DNA from: Octopus bimaculoides
Lineage: Eukaryota
Assembly (NCBI RefSeq): GCF_001194135.2
Contig: NC_068987.1
Span: 42,547,555 to 42,595,558 of the forward strand
Length of the DNA stretch: 48,004 nt
Direction of reading: 5' to 3'
Shown here piece after piece: positions 24,265-36,517 of the stretch. The position numbers and the translations under genes are program-made. Numbering within the stretch: the first letter of the stretch is position 1; the number at the start of each line of letters is the position of its first letter. Under the pieces are notes generated by a model. It did no database searches. It saw only the letters and a list, made by a program, of their open reading frames with translations, and was not told where the DNA came from.

Positions 24265-27150
24265 TTAACTGGTTTCATAATCAGCCAACCAGGGAGGAGG
24301 GTGCTGCTCCCTCTGTGGTCGCTGTGCGACCCCGGGACTGGCCTGAGTTCCTGGTACGCTGCTGCTGGCTTCATCATCTTGCCTACTGCTGCTGTCTTCA
24401 TCTTCTTGCCCACTGCTGCTGGTTTCATCCTCTGAGGCATTGACAATCTTCCGCACATCCAAAACATGGCGTGGCATACCATCGACCGAGACGTTGTTCT
24501 TTGAATTGATGGAGGTTATTGTTCCCTTTCCCCATCGTGATGTACACCGTGCATTTGGGTTTTTTTCCCAAACTTCTTCCCTGACCTGCACGAAGGCGTG
24601 CTCTCCNNNNNNNNNNNNNNNNNNNNNNNNNNNNNNNNNNNNNNNNNNNNNNNNNTGTCTCGACTCGTACCTGAACATTGCCCTGTGTGGAACTGACTCC
24701 TCAGCCTGTCCTGACCTGGGTGACATATTGCACCAAAATACGGCCTCGATTGGTGAAATGTGGCCCCTCTCTGCCATGGTCTTGATGGTACGATGATGCC
24801 TTTCCACCACTCCATTTCCACTTGGCCGGTATGCCGCCCTGAAGAAGCGGCTGACCTGCCACCCATCAAGCATTTCTTTCAGCACCTCCAAGTGAAATGC
24901 AGTGCCATTATCCAGAAGCAGCTCATCCATGGGGCCTCGTTCCAGGAATATCTCATTTAATACTCTCGTGATTTCCTCTGCGGTCTCCGTCTTCATCTCC
25001 TTCCATATGGCCAACCGCCCTGGTCCGCAGTCAGCTATTGACAGGTATGTCCCCTGCCGGTAGTGTGTTATGTCCACTGCCAGCCGTTTCCAGTTGTGGT
25101 CCACTGGAATACTTCCCGCCTCATGTACGTCCGGAGTAGGGTCGATGGTCTGGCACCTGTCACAGCTGCTAACCACTCTCTGCATGCTCCATCTTGTTAC
25201 ATCGGAGTGGACTTTCCTGGCTCGGAACAACATCCTGTCCACTCTCATGTGATGCAAGGTATGCAGTCTTCTCAACTCCAAGTCACTCTGACAACATACT
25301 GCAGCCACAGCCTGCTCCGCATCCTCTAGCACCTGCAACCAGGCTCACTTTACCCTGGTCAGAACGTCTGCCCTGTTCTCAGAAGGCACAAAGCTCATGC
25401 TCAGCTTCAGGTCAGACTCAGCGGTTAGTTCACGCAGTATCCCTAATCGACGCTTTACCAACATCTCTGCAGCCCCTTTGGTTCACACCCTCCACTCATT
25501 GGTGATGACTGCCGTCACCCAACCAAGCACAGTGGCAGAATCGGTCCTAATTTCTACGGTGCGCAGCCCCAACTTCAAGGCCAGGTTCACCCCCTTCAAC
25601 ACGGCATCCAACTCTGCTACATTGATATGGTTGCAGTCATCCATCTTTCTGAACCAGGCTGCATCTTCCACCACGACGCCTCCCATTTCCAAGACAACCC
25701 CAATTGCGATGCTACTGGCGTCGCACCATATGATCCCGCTCTTTGATTTGGGAACATACTAACTGCCCCTAACTGGATACTCTGCTCTCACTCTGACCAA
25801 GACCTCCTGCATCATGTCAGTCGTCTTCTCCCCCACTCTATTGTTCCACTTCGCTCCTTCGGCTCATCTCTTGATGAAGCTACATGCTGTCCGGAGCCAT
25901 CTTGCAATCGGGTAGTGTCCCACCAGCTTCCCACACTCCGAGAACAGTTCCCATTTACTCATGCTGGTGCCCAGTTCGGGGATCTCGTTCCCTCGTCGAA
26001 ACACCAACGCGCTGGCCTTGTCTCTCCATAGCTTGAGGCCTAGTGCAGCGCCTCCCTCCATCACCTCTGGTGGCTTGGCAATCAGTTCAAAACTCTTCAG
26101 GTGGCCTATGACCTCTGTTGCTAGCATTATGGTTTCATCCACAAGGATGTCATCGGTATACGAATTGGTGGCCCTTTTTACTCAGTCACCTTTCCCAGGA
26201 TGGCCTTGAGAATTGTTGCCATAATTTTTGGCACTGAATTTAGCCCAAACCCCAGCCTAGTCAGACAGTATGTCCGGCCCTTATACCTGACAAGCTGATG
26301 TTTCCACAGTCTCTCAGCCGCATGCACCTGCAGGTATGCCAACTTCAAATCGACGATTGTGGAGGCCCCTGTCATCTTTCTCCACTCTCACAAGGTGTCC
26401 CTGCAGACATCTGTGGCCTCGCCGCCCGTATGGCATGATATGTGGTCATTCAGCTCTCGAAAGTCAAGCACTGGCTTGACCTTATGCTTTGTGGGCTGTA
26501 CCACCACCATCAGCGGCAGAACTCCGCTCTCTACTTCTTCTTGCCAAGGGATCAATATGCCCTCCTTAATCAATCGCTCCACCTCCCCCTCGAACTCGCT
26601 TATGGCATCTCCGTTCAGAGTATGCTGATAGCAGCCCACTTTATTTTTTAATGTCGAGGGCTCTCCCTTCCAGTGCCACTCTACTGTCCACTTCTGGCCA
26701 TCAAAGACAGCATGGAAGTCCTGGTCTTCAATGGTGTGTGCAGCATAGATTTCTTCGCAGTTCTCACCAATGCACGGTGTCGCCATACACTGTTTCTCCA
26801 CAACCCCGAATGTTACACTGGCCTAGTTGACAGTGACACTTCCTAAACGGGTGATTGTATCCATCCCCATCACCACGTCAATTTCGTCCACAAAGTGGCC
26901 AACTACAATTGCTTGCAGCGTCAGCTTTGTTCCCTGCACTTCAATCTGCGCATCTGTAATGTCTTCACAGTGTACCTCTCTTCCGTTGACTGCCCTCACA
27001 CTGCTTTTTCCACTCCATGTCTCTACCACTTCTGGGGTCATCAGGGTCGTCGTACAGCCCGTGTCCACAAGGGCTCGCAACATCTTCCCCTTCACCAGAA
27101 TGTCGACTACAGGTAACAATAAACACGCCTCTATTGATCTGAAGGGATAA
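24265..27150 (-). pseudogene. pol: protease, RT, RNase H, DDE integrase (frameshifted)
   Basis: ALVDTGCTTT; KPVLDFRELN, DLKLAYLQ, LGFGLNS, SYTDD; IWCDASS, HINVAELDAV, RTDSATV, NRADVLTR; H..C..C, DITH, LLLDNGTAF, NGVVERHHRTIK. Confidence 0.9.
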
Positions 27151-27169
27151 CTACTGGCGCAGTAGTCTC

Positions 27170-27857
27170 CCTTAGATCGTTTCCCCGCAGACATTCGCTG
27201 GCTATATGTCCTGTTTCTTGACACTGGTAGCAAATGACCTCAGGCTTGGGTGACTTGCAGTCTCACACAATGTGCAGGCCCTGACACCGGAAGCACTGTC
27301 CTTTGATTGGTCGTACACTTCCTTGTTTGACCCCTCTCTGCTACTCCTTGCTCGGCCACTTTTCGTTGTTACAGTCGCTGCCACCGGCGGCGTCCTGCAA
27401 CACGAAACTAGCACGCGAGCCTGAGATATAATATCTGCCATCGCCTTAGAGTTGACGTTTGGCAGCTTTTGCAACTTGACCAACATGTGGTCAGGAAAGT
27501 CAGTCACAAATGCTAACTGAACCGTTCGGTCCAGCGATTCTCCTTCATATCCCGCCAGTTTAGCCAATCTCCTGAGTTCGTTGGCAAATACGTCGACCTG
27601 TTCACCAGTCCACTTTGCTTTCCCCAGGCGAGCGTACGCTTCGAACATTCCTTCTGCAAAGGCCTCCATCAAAAGGATTTCTATTTTTTCCACGCTAAGT
27701 TGGTTGGTCCCTTTCTTCCATTTCTAAGTATAGCGCCAATGCCGAACCATCTGGGTACAGTGGTATAAAACTCGCTAAGTTGTCTATCTCATGGAGCTTC
27801 ACAACCAACTTCGTCTTCTTTAACCAAGTGATTACCTCCGTGTTACCGCAAAACGGT
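27170..27857 (-). pseudogene. gag with zinc knuckles
   Basis: ITWLKKTKLVVKLH...ALYLEMEE...; CYQCQETGHIASEC knuckle at ~27190-27235, with a degenerate knuckle just upstream. Confidence 0.8.
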
Positions 27858-28811
27858 NNNNNNNNNNNNNNNNNNNNNNNNNNNNNNNNNNNNNNNNNNN
27901 NNNNNNNNNNNNNNNNNNNNNNNNNNNNNNNNNNNNNNNNNNNNNNNNNNNNNNNNNNNNNNNNNNNNNNNNNNNNNNNNNNNNNNNNNNNNNNNNNNNN
28001 NNNNNNNNNNNNNNNNNNNNNNNNNNNNNNNNNNNNNNNNNNNNNNNNNNNNNNNNNNNNNNNNNNNNNNNNNNNNNNNNNNNNNNNNNNNNNNNNNNNN
28101 NNNNNNNNNNNNNNNNNNNNNNNNNNNNNNNNNNNNNNNNNNNNNNNNNNNNNNNNNNNNNNNNNNNNNNNNNNNNNNNNNNNNNNNNNNNNNNNNNNNN
28201 NNNNNNNNNNNNNNNNNNNNNNNNNNNNNNNNNNNNNNNNNNNNNNNNNNNNNNNNNNNNNNNNNNNNNNNNNNNNNNNGTGATGGAGGAAAAAGACAAC
28301 AGAAAAAGAAGCAAAAGGGAGAAAGAAATACAGAGACCTTACCTGTTGACCGTGGCGGGATGAGTGATCACTGACCAGATAAAAACACGACCTTTCACAC
28401 ATGCCGTCTCTCATTGAATTGCCCGCGCGTTCTTTGTGCCCCCATGGCTCTTCTGCCAGCCCCTGCAGTCTTCACTTCCGTTTGCCTCATCTGCAATCCT
28501 CTCCACCAACACCACATAGCTCATCACAGCCCATAACACCACAAACACCACAGATTTCAAGTTCAACCTCATTGTGTGGTACCTTGAGCAAGTTTCTTCT
28601 ACCAAAACCTTGTGAAAGAAATTTGGTAGATGGAAATTGCATTGGTAAGACTGTTCTTGCTTGTGGAGGATAGGTTTAACTGTTGTCCAATCTAGCATAA
28701 CCACCTGGTTCATGGATACTATTAGTAGACTCCCCCCTGCTAATACTGAGGAACTCTACTTTGAAATTTCCACTACATTAAAATAGTAACCTTGAGCTTT
28801 GTTAATTTACG

Positions 28812-30130
28812 TGTAGTGTCGCGAAATTATAGCCGCCATTGAGGTAGTACTATTCTGCGCATGCGCAGGGGACTTCACCACCGGAAGCCCCTCGAGTTGC
28901 GCATGCAGTAAAACTCGTACTTAAACAGTTAGTTTCATTTTTTTAGCAAGTTGAGCCTGAGACCTTCTACGTGACAACACCTTGCTCCTCCACGAAGCAC
29001 TTTTACACTGTTCTCTGGCAGGCATCAAGGAAGCCCTTAACCTTTGTCAACACCATCACCAACACATACACCTGTGAAAATTCCACCTTCATCGTTGAGA
29101 ACTACCACAAGTGAACCCTATGTCACTAGGTCTGGCCGTACAGTGCACTGACCGAAGAAACTCTCCAAGACAATTTATATTTGACTGTGTAGTAACGCCG
29201 TGCGCATGCGTAGTCTCACGCATGCGTGGAATTCAACATCCAAGCTTTCCCGCTTTATTCTGTCTCTTTCTTGCTGGCCAGCGATTGAGCAAGGACGTGT
29301 CTAGCTGTCTCTCAATCTTTCGAACTCACGCTAGACAGCTCACATCAATATACCAACGTCCCAACAACCATGTTCTCACACACCGAAGACGTCTCATCAA
29401 ACAAGATTAAAGATGTATATTTTCCACCATGAATAAATATTGTTTGTGTTGATAGTTTGGAGTTCAGCGTTCCGTTCATATTTCTAATTTAATATAGGAA
29501 AGTCAGGTGTACATCTAATGATGTATAACCCACTTTCCTATAACTGCATTGTAATTTATTGCATTTTTCAGCATTCCTTTTGTAAAAAAAGGCTCAAACT
29601 GTGTTTTTCCCTATTAGTGCTGAACACTCAGACATTTCTTGCGCCACTGCATCAATCACAAGTAATAAAGGAACTGCAGTGACGTAAACAAAAACATTTT
29701 TTTTACAGCCAACAACATTTACCAAGCTGAACTTGACTTGTGCCGCTGGAATATTATTTTTCATTCTCTGTATTAACGAATTGTTTCTTTTTCCTTGTAT
29801 ATCTTTTTCATTGTATATCTACAGCCGCATCTTGTTTTAGGCGCCCACTACAATCCTTTCCTTATTCGTGCTACCCACTCGGGGGAAGCCATTGTAGTGG
29901 CGTGAAATTATAGCCGCCATTGAGGAAGTACTATTCTGCGCATGCGCAGGGGACTTCACCACCGGAAGCCCCGCGAGTTGCGCATGCGTAGTAAAACTCG
30001 TACTTAAACAGTTAGTTTCATTTTCTTAGCGAGTTGAGCCTGAGACCTTCTACGTGTCAACACCTTGCTCCTCCACGAAGCACTTTTACACTGTTCTCTG
30101 GCAGGCATCAAGGAAGCCCTTAACCTTCCA
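28812..30130 (+). mobile_element. TRIM-like or internally deleted LTR element with ~235 bp terminal direct repeats
   Basis: Repeats 28812-29043 and 29893-30127 (~96% identical by eye). Starts TG; the 3' copy ends CA at 30130. PPT ggggaag just before the 3' LTR. Flanks are ttacg/ttacc. Confidence 0.75.
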
Positions 30131-30479
30131 TTACCAAACTACAACTTAATCAGTGGCTGCTAAGCTGAATGACAGGAATTGTGAAACCAAGCATCATCAT
30201 AAATAAACCTTTTTATTATGTTGTTAATTGTTCTAATGTCTCTTCATATATAATTATGTTGAAAGGTGATAGAGAGACTAAAGTCTCTATGACAACTATC
30301 AAACTTTTACATACGTATCAAAAACAGTATTTGATAAAGTACCTACGTTGTACGTTTTTGGATAGCTTGCTTTAACTATCACAGGTGTCTCTATTTTAAA
30401 TCGTAAGCTTTCATTTTCTTTCATTTTTTAATGCATGTTTGTGAGAAAACTGGTACAATTTGTAATAACATGCATTTTA

Positions 30480-30980
30480 GACACACCCCTGCGTTATGGA
30501 ACGTTGTGTTCTTGGAAACCTTTGCTTAACATGAAACCTATCCACCATATTGTATTGAAGTCAATAGGAAATATGGTTCGCACTGCAGCAAGGTTTTCAA
30601 GAACAAAACACGGAAGATGTCTAAAATTCAATCGCAGACCAAATTTTATGGGGATTACAGTATCTTTGGTCAGATATAAGCTCAAGGGAAATAACTCAGC
30701 TAGGACCTAACAGTGCGGTCTATGTACGTATATTTTTAGATAATTGGGCTCATCAAGTTAAAAGTGTTTGTAGCGAAGTACAAGAAGCCAGTGCCATTTT
30801 GAACAAGATTTCGCCAGTAGCCATTGCCATGCGTAAGACAAGAACGGGATCTCGCCTGCAACCATTTGCCATGCACAAGACAACAACAAAATTCTCGCCA
30901 GCAACCAGTTTTTAAGCAAGAAACAATAACATTCACTCTTTCATTTCTTCCCACGCTTACGCCAAGAAACACTGCGTAAC
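30480..30980 (+). mobile_element. Decayed Gypsy gag fragment
   Basis: NLSTILY*SQ*EIWFALQQGF resembles the Gypsy gag LPxFWxxxPxxWF motif. Confidence 0.4.
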
Positions 30981-30999
30981 CAGCAGCTCACAGCGGACT

Positions 31000-32680
31000 C
31001 TTGTCCCACTCTGATTCTACGTGCTTATCTCCAGAGGTAATGAACCTCACGTGTACGGAGTTAAGACAAACCACGTGCTGCTATAAAGATGGTCACTGAG
31101 AGTGAACCACATGAATAGAAGCTCTGTAAATAAATGGCTATTGAATTGTACTTCGCTTGCGAACTTCTTCATGTTCCAGATCCTTGAAACTACAAAAATA
31201 ATTATAATGGAAGAAGGTGATACTCCACAGGTTTCATTATAAAATGGTGACTCCAATCAAAAAAAGGATTTTCGGCAGCCAAAAGCTTTATCGTTGTAGA
31301 TGCCTCACCTGAACTAAAGAATGGTAGTCTTCGCTTGCATTCTCAACTAAAACTCAATGGCCCGACGTCAGAATATCTTCTCTTGTTCAAGTGAACCTTT
31401 AGAATTCGTGTTCTTCGCCTCAAACTTGTACCTAACAAAGTATGCATTCTTCTTACAAGGAAAAACACGGTATTTTTTCAAATAATCTCCTTTTGAAGTA
31501 ATTTCCTCCCACAATGTCGACTGTCAGTGTTTGATACCAGTAAATACACCAAATGCAGCAACAGGAGGGCACTTCAAGCAAGACGGCTATCACCTTCACA
31601 ACCTTTATTCCCATTTACTGCCATGTTCAGACGCCTCATGTGTTGAGTCAGAAAATTACCAGTTCGCCCACCACTTTCTGATGCCTTCTTAAAGAAAAAA
31701 CAAAGCACATTTTTTTCAATGGACTGCAACACAACAAATTAAAAAAATTTTCTTTTGCACACATGTTACTATTCCAACAACACTTTTGTCAGTTCTTTGG
31801 TCCTTTTCTTTTCTTTCCTCTGTACAAAATGAGTCTTCCCAGCTTACTCACGTACTCTGGTGGTGTCACACTTTGGTTTGCTCAATTGGATGCGTATTTT
31901 TCTGCCCATGCTGTGCTTCACCAGCATCAGCTAAACCTTTTGTACTGTGGAATGCCTTCACCTATTGCACACTCAGTGAAAGATCTCATCACTGACCCAC
32001 ATCCGGATGCGACTTACGCGTCTGTCAAATCCTAGGTTTTCCATCTGAACACACAATCCGCAGAGAGTAAATTCTGGTCAATGATGCAGGATGAACACCT
32101 GGGAGATAGGACACCATCTGAGTTTCTCCGTCATCTGCGAGAACTCAGTAAAACTTCACTTGAGGACAATCCTCTGCTGAGGAAATTGTTTTTCTTTTGT
32201 CTACTGCCAAATGTCCAATTGATACTGACCACAACGGCCAACTCCAATTCACTCGATCAGATAGTCACCTTGGCAGACAAGCTCACAGAGTTTACTGTGC
32301 AGCTTGCACCTCACCATACCTGTTTGGACCTCATAGTAGCTTTCTCTACTACCACAAAGTCTCCTACCTTGTCACATGACAACATTTTGGAGTGAGTCAA
32401 TGCGTTAACATGTCACATGGACACACTGTGGCGAGAACATGCCAGCTCTCATTGTCCTCGCAGCAGAAGCCGTTCTAAGGCACAGTCGTCTATCTCTACT
32501 CCAACGGTTTCCAATTTCTACTGGTACCATGCCACATTTAAGGACAAAGCCCATCGATGCATTCTGTAAATAAATGGCTATTGAATTGTACTCCGCTTGT
32601 AAACTTCTTTGTGTTCCAAATCCTTGAAACTACAAAAATAGTTATGATGGGAGAAGGAGATACTCCACAGGTATCATAAA
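31000..32680 (+). mobile_element. gag-only Gypsy derivative: LTR, PBS-like tggtgactcc, gag, partial LTR
   Basis: LTR 3' parts at 31123-31237 and 32563-32677 match. gag reads LTYSGGVTLWFAQLDAYF...LGDRTPSEFLRHLREL...YWYHATFKDKAHRC. Confidence 0.8.
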
Positions 32681-33085
32681 TGTTCCATTCCATTATACGT
32701 TCATGCCACAAACTTTCACAGACACAAGTCTAATGCTCTTATCTACAGTTATTTTTGGCTTTTGAGAATACTTACTTTAACATGGTTCCAAAATACAAGA
32801 GTGGAGCTATTGGTCATGCTCATAGCCTGAAGTGTCACAATGTTACGTAGGGAACGAAAGGAAACCTTATAAATCGAAGCAAAAGGAATGAGAACATAGT
32901 AAATATAAGTGGTACACTTGAAATGAACTGTTGCTATATACCTTAATTCCAAGGAAAGTAAAACCTGTGTTTGAAGATTTAAATGCTGACCATGGTAAGG
33001 GTGTAACTAAAGAAACTTTTAAAGTTAGTCATATTTTGTTCCATCATTCAACCATGGTAGTAGTTGAATAATATTTTTAAGGCCG

Positions 33086-34269
33086 CAATTTACTCACACA
33101 CAGCATCTTTCAGAGCTTGTCACTAATTCAGTTCCTAAACAAATTGAAAACTGTTAACATTTTTGAAGAGGACTGGTCCCTAGCTATATTTTGGCATAAA
33201 AAATTGAGATTTGATCCAGTAGAAAAAAGTTTACATCAAAATGTGTAGTAACATTATAGGAGAGTAAGTAACACCACCAATCAAGTTTGGATCTAAATAA
33301 CTTTTTTATTTTGAAAGCAAAATATATTTATCTTAGCTTCAATAATAGAAGAAAGCATGAAAAATTTCAGTTTTATTCCCAAGCAAGAAAAAATTTGTAT
33401 TAAAAAAGTTGTGAGGTAAAATATCATGAAAAAAATACAAGTAAGCCAAAAAATTGGATTTAAGTAGAATTAATTTTTTTAATTTTAAAAACAAACTATA
33501 TTTTAATAAAGCCTAAATGATAGAGTTCAATTCGAGGAATTTCATGGTATCAATCTCATGCAATGAAGTTTTAAATGAAAAAAGTTATGTGTGTTTATTT
33601 CTCAAATTTGAGGGTGATAATATAGTTCTATACTTTTTTATGAATATGGTTCTATAAGGGTACTTTTAATATATGTCACCAGCATCATTGAAGTATGGAA
33701 ATAATTATCAATGACTCTGCTAATTGACACATTTAACACACATTATTATTTAGCATAATAGCATAGCCTGGAAAAAACATGGATTATATGGAATAATGCA
33801 AGCAAGAGAAATAATATTCTTAAGATTATAAACCTGGAAAAGTACAGGACAAGTTATTACACTTGGAAAAGTTCAGGACAACTTATTACATCTGGTGAAG
33901 TACAGAACAAGAACATTTTTACTTAAGATATTGCAGCTAAGGGTAAAATTTGAATATTAAAAATTATTTGATTTTAATTTACAAAGTAACATTATAATTA
34001 AAAAAGATAGCATCATTTTGTTAAAATATTGACACACCAGAATGCTTAAAAAATGAGAGCCAGAAGTACTAATATAGCTAAAGTTTTATGCAAAGTAGAA
34101 TAGTATATATGGTAGGCAAATTCATTATGTAAAAAACAGGCATTGGGTCAAGACTAAAAATGTGAAGACTTGGCAATAACTTGTGAATTTGTTGTTATAG
34201 GTAGATTTTACTATAATGTATAATTTTTGTATTATTCTATTTATTGTACTAACTAATTATGTACTACTA
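33086..34269 (+). repeat. AT-rich dispersed repeat, copy 2
   Basis: Colinear with 3795-5049. Has a ~30 bp local duplication at 33825-33890 and lacks the TTAGGG insertion. Confidence 0.85.
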
Positions 34270-36169
34270 TTATTTCTTATAATCTATTTTCAAATTTCTA
34301 ATTATTAATTAATAATTAAAAAATGATTTTTTTTAAACTGCAAAAAATATTTTAATTGAGTTATTTTTTAATTTTTAATACAGATAACAAGTAATAACAA
34401 ATAGAAGTAAAAACTTGCAATAAAATTTTTAGTTTTAATAAAAGCTAATACTTTCTAAATATAAATATTTTATTTGAAATTTTATCCTTATTGTGAAGAT
34501 TGTTCTGCCACCTTCCTTTGGCCAGGAAGGGAAGGCTGTTTTTATCTGTTTGGGGGTCTTAACAAAAGTAGCTGTGTGGTAGACAATACTGAAAGGGCTG
34601 AAGACGGATACCTTTCTCTTTGACCATGCAAACCCTCATCAACTTTTTCAATTTCTGCTTGACAAGAAAATTGAAGTAAAAATTTAAGTAAAAACTTTCT
34701 TGTTCTGTACTTCACCAGATGTAGTAAGTTGTCCTGAACTTTTCCAAGTGTAATAACTTGTCCTGTAATTTTCCAGGTTTGTAATCTTAAGGATATTATT
34801 TCTCTTGCTCGTATTTTTCCATGTAATAGATTTATGGCTTGCTTCAACTTACACAACATATGTTCAAGAAAGTTGGGTCAGAACACAAGGTAAGACCAAA
34901 GGAAAATGCTGATTATATCTACAGGTTATACAATTTTTAAAACTATTCCAAGCCCCTGTTTCTTAGGCTGGTCATATTTCATCTGTACCCAAATTGTCAT
35001 TCTTCATCAAAGCCCAGTATCTCTGCCAGCAATAATAACAATAAAGAATAACACAAATATCTATATTTTTATTAAGGATGGATCCAGATGAATTTATTGT
35101 GAAGATTGTCCTGCCACCTTCCTTTGGCCAGGAAGGGAAGGCTGTTTTTATCTGTTTGGTGGCTTTAACAAAAGTAGCTGTGTGGTGGACAATACTGAAA
35201 GGGCTGAAGACAGATACCTTTCTCTTTGACCATGCAAACCCTCATCAATTTTTTCAATTTCTGCTTGAAAAGAAAATTGAAGGTGGGGAGGGAAGTGTTG
35301 CTCCCAGCAAATTTGTTGAAAGGTGGATGAGGGTGGTAAGCATGGTCCAAATGAACAGGTCTGCTCTGCAAGCAACTTCAGATTGAGAATGACAACTGGG
35401 GATACTTACCTTAGTGGTCAGGATAACCTTGGTTTTTGTGGGGTTTTCATGAGTAGCTCTTGGAGATCTATTCCTTTTTGGAGAAATTTTCTTTCTTTTA
35501 TTTTTATTTGTTACTTCTCTTGTTTACATGGTTTTTAGGTAATTTTACATTGTATTACCTTGCACTGTCTTTGATGTGAGCTGGCAGAATTTTTAGAGCA
35601 TCAGAAAACGCTTTTAGCATTTGTTCTGGCTCTTTGTTTTGTGTTCACATCCCATCAAAGTCAGCTTTGACTTTTATCTCTCTAGGGTTTGATAAAATAT
35701 CTGTAAACTACTAGGATTATTGGTATCAATTAACTTTCTCTCCTTGAAGATGTTACATTGTAGCGAAATTACCATCATCATCATCATCATCATCATTGAT
35801 TAAGAGAGCAGTGCATGCCATCAAAGTGATGTTGGGGTACAGATATACAAAGCCCAATATAACCATCATGACTACCCGTCTGATAAGGGTACACCAGGCA
35901 CATGTATCACAACCATATCTGTGCGATATGATGATCTCATATCAAGATAAACAGCACATATATGGGTGAAATATATAGGCACAAGTTTGGCTGTGTGATA
36001 AAAAGTATGCTTCTCAACCATATATCCTGTGTAAAATCTGGAGTTCTAAGATGGCACATAAATTGAAAATTAGGTTGCTTGTAGAGTCAATTTCATTATA
36101 CCATGGTAGCGTCAGTTTTATTACACAGGACTGAAACTTGGACCCTCATCAAAAAGCTTGAAAAACAAA

Positions 36170-36500
36170 TAGATGGTTGTTACACAAGAATGTTAAGAAT
36201 GGCTCTGAATGTTACATGGAGAGCTCATGCAACCAACAGTTTTATCAAGATCTACTCAAAGTGACAGACAAGATTCAGCAGAGAAGAATGATAATTGCTG
36301 GTCATTGTGTTAGTTACCCAGAAGAACCTGTGTGTTAACCGGTCTTATGGCAGTCAGTTAAAAGAAGAATCAACAGGAGAAGAAGTCTAACCTATGAGGA
36401 CAACATTGCTTCAGGACAGTGGAATGGCAAATGTTGATGGATTAAGAACATACATGGTGGATGACATGCTTGCGAGAAATCATTGAAGCATCTGGGAGGA
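36170..36500 (+). mobile_element. Decayed RTE-like LINE 3' fragment
   Basis: YTRMLRMALNVTWRAH..N...RRM..AGHC-type C-terminal RTE motifs. Confidence 0.5.
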
Positions 36501-36517
36501 TGGCCAAACTAAATTAA

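Larger units (their letters stand above)
23932..28552 (-). mobile_element. Near-complete LTR retrotransposon (gag-PR-RT-RH-IN) with TG...CA LTRs and 5-bp TSD GATTT
   Basis: LTRs at 23932-24206 and ~28280-28552, roughly 90% identical by eye. GATTT at 23927-23931 and 28553-28557. Frameshifted ORFs. Confidence 0.95.

Noticed and set aside
35559-35700. Selenoprotein exon (in-frame TGA)
   Set aside because: There is no redox motif or recognisable selenoprotein family, I saw no SECIS, and neighbouring segments have further stops and frameshifts.
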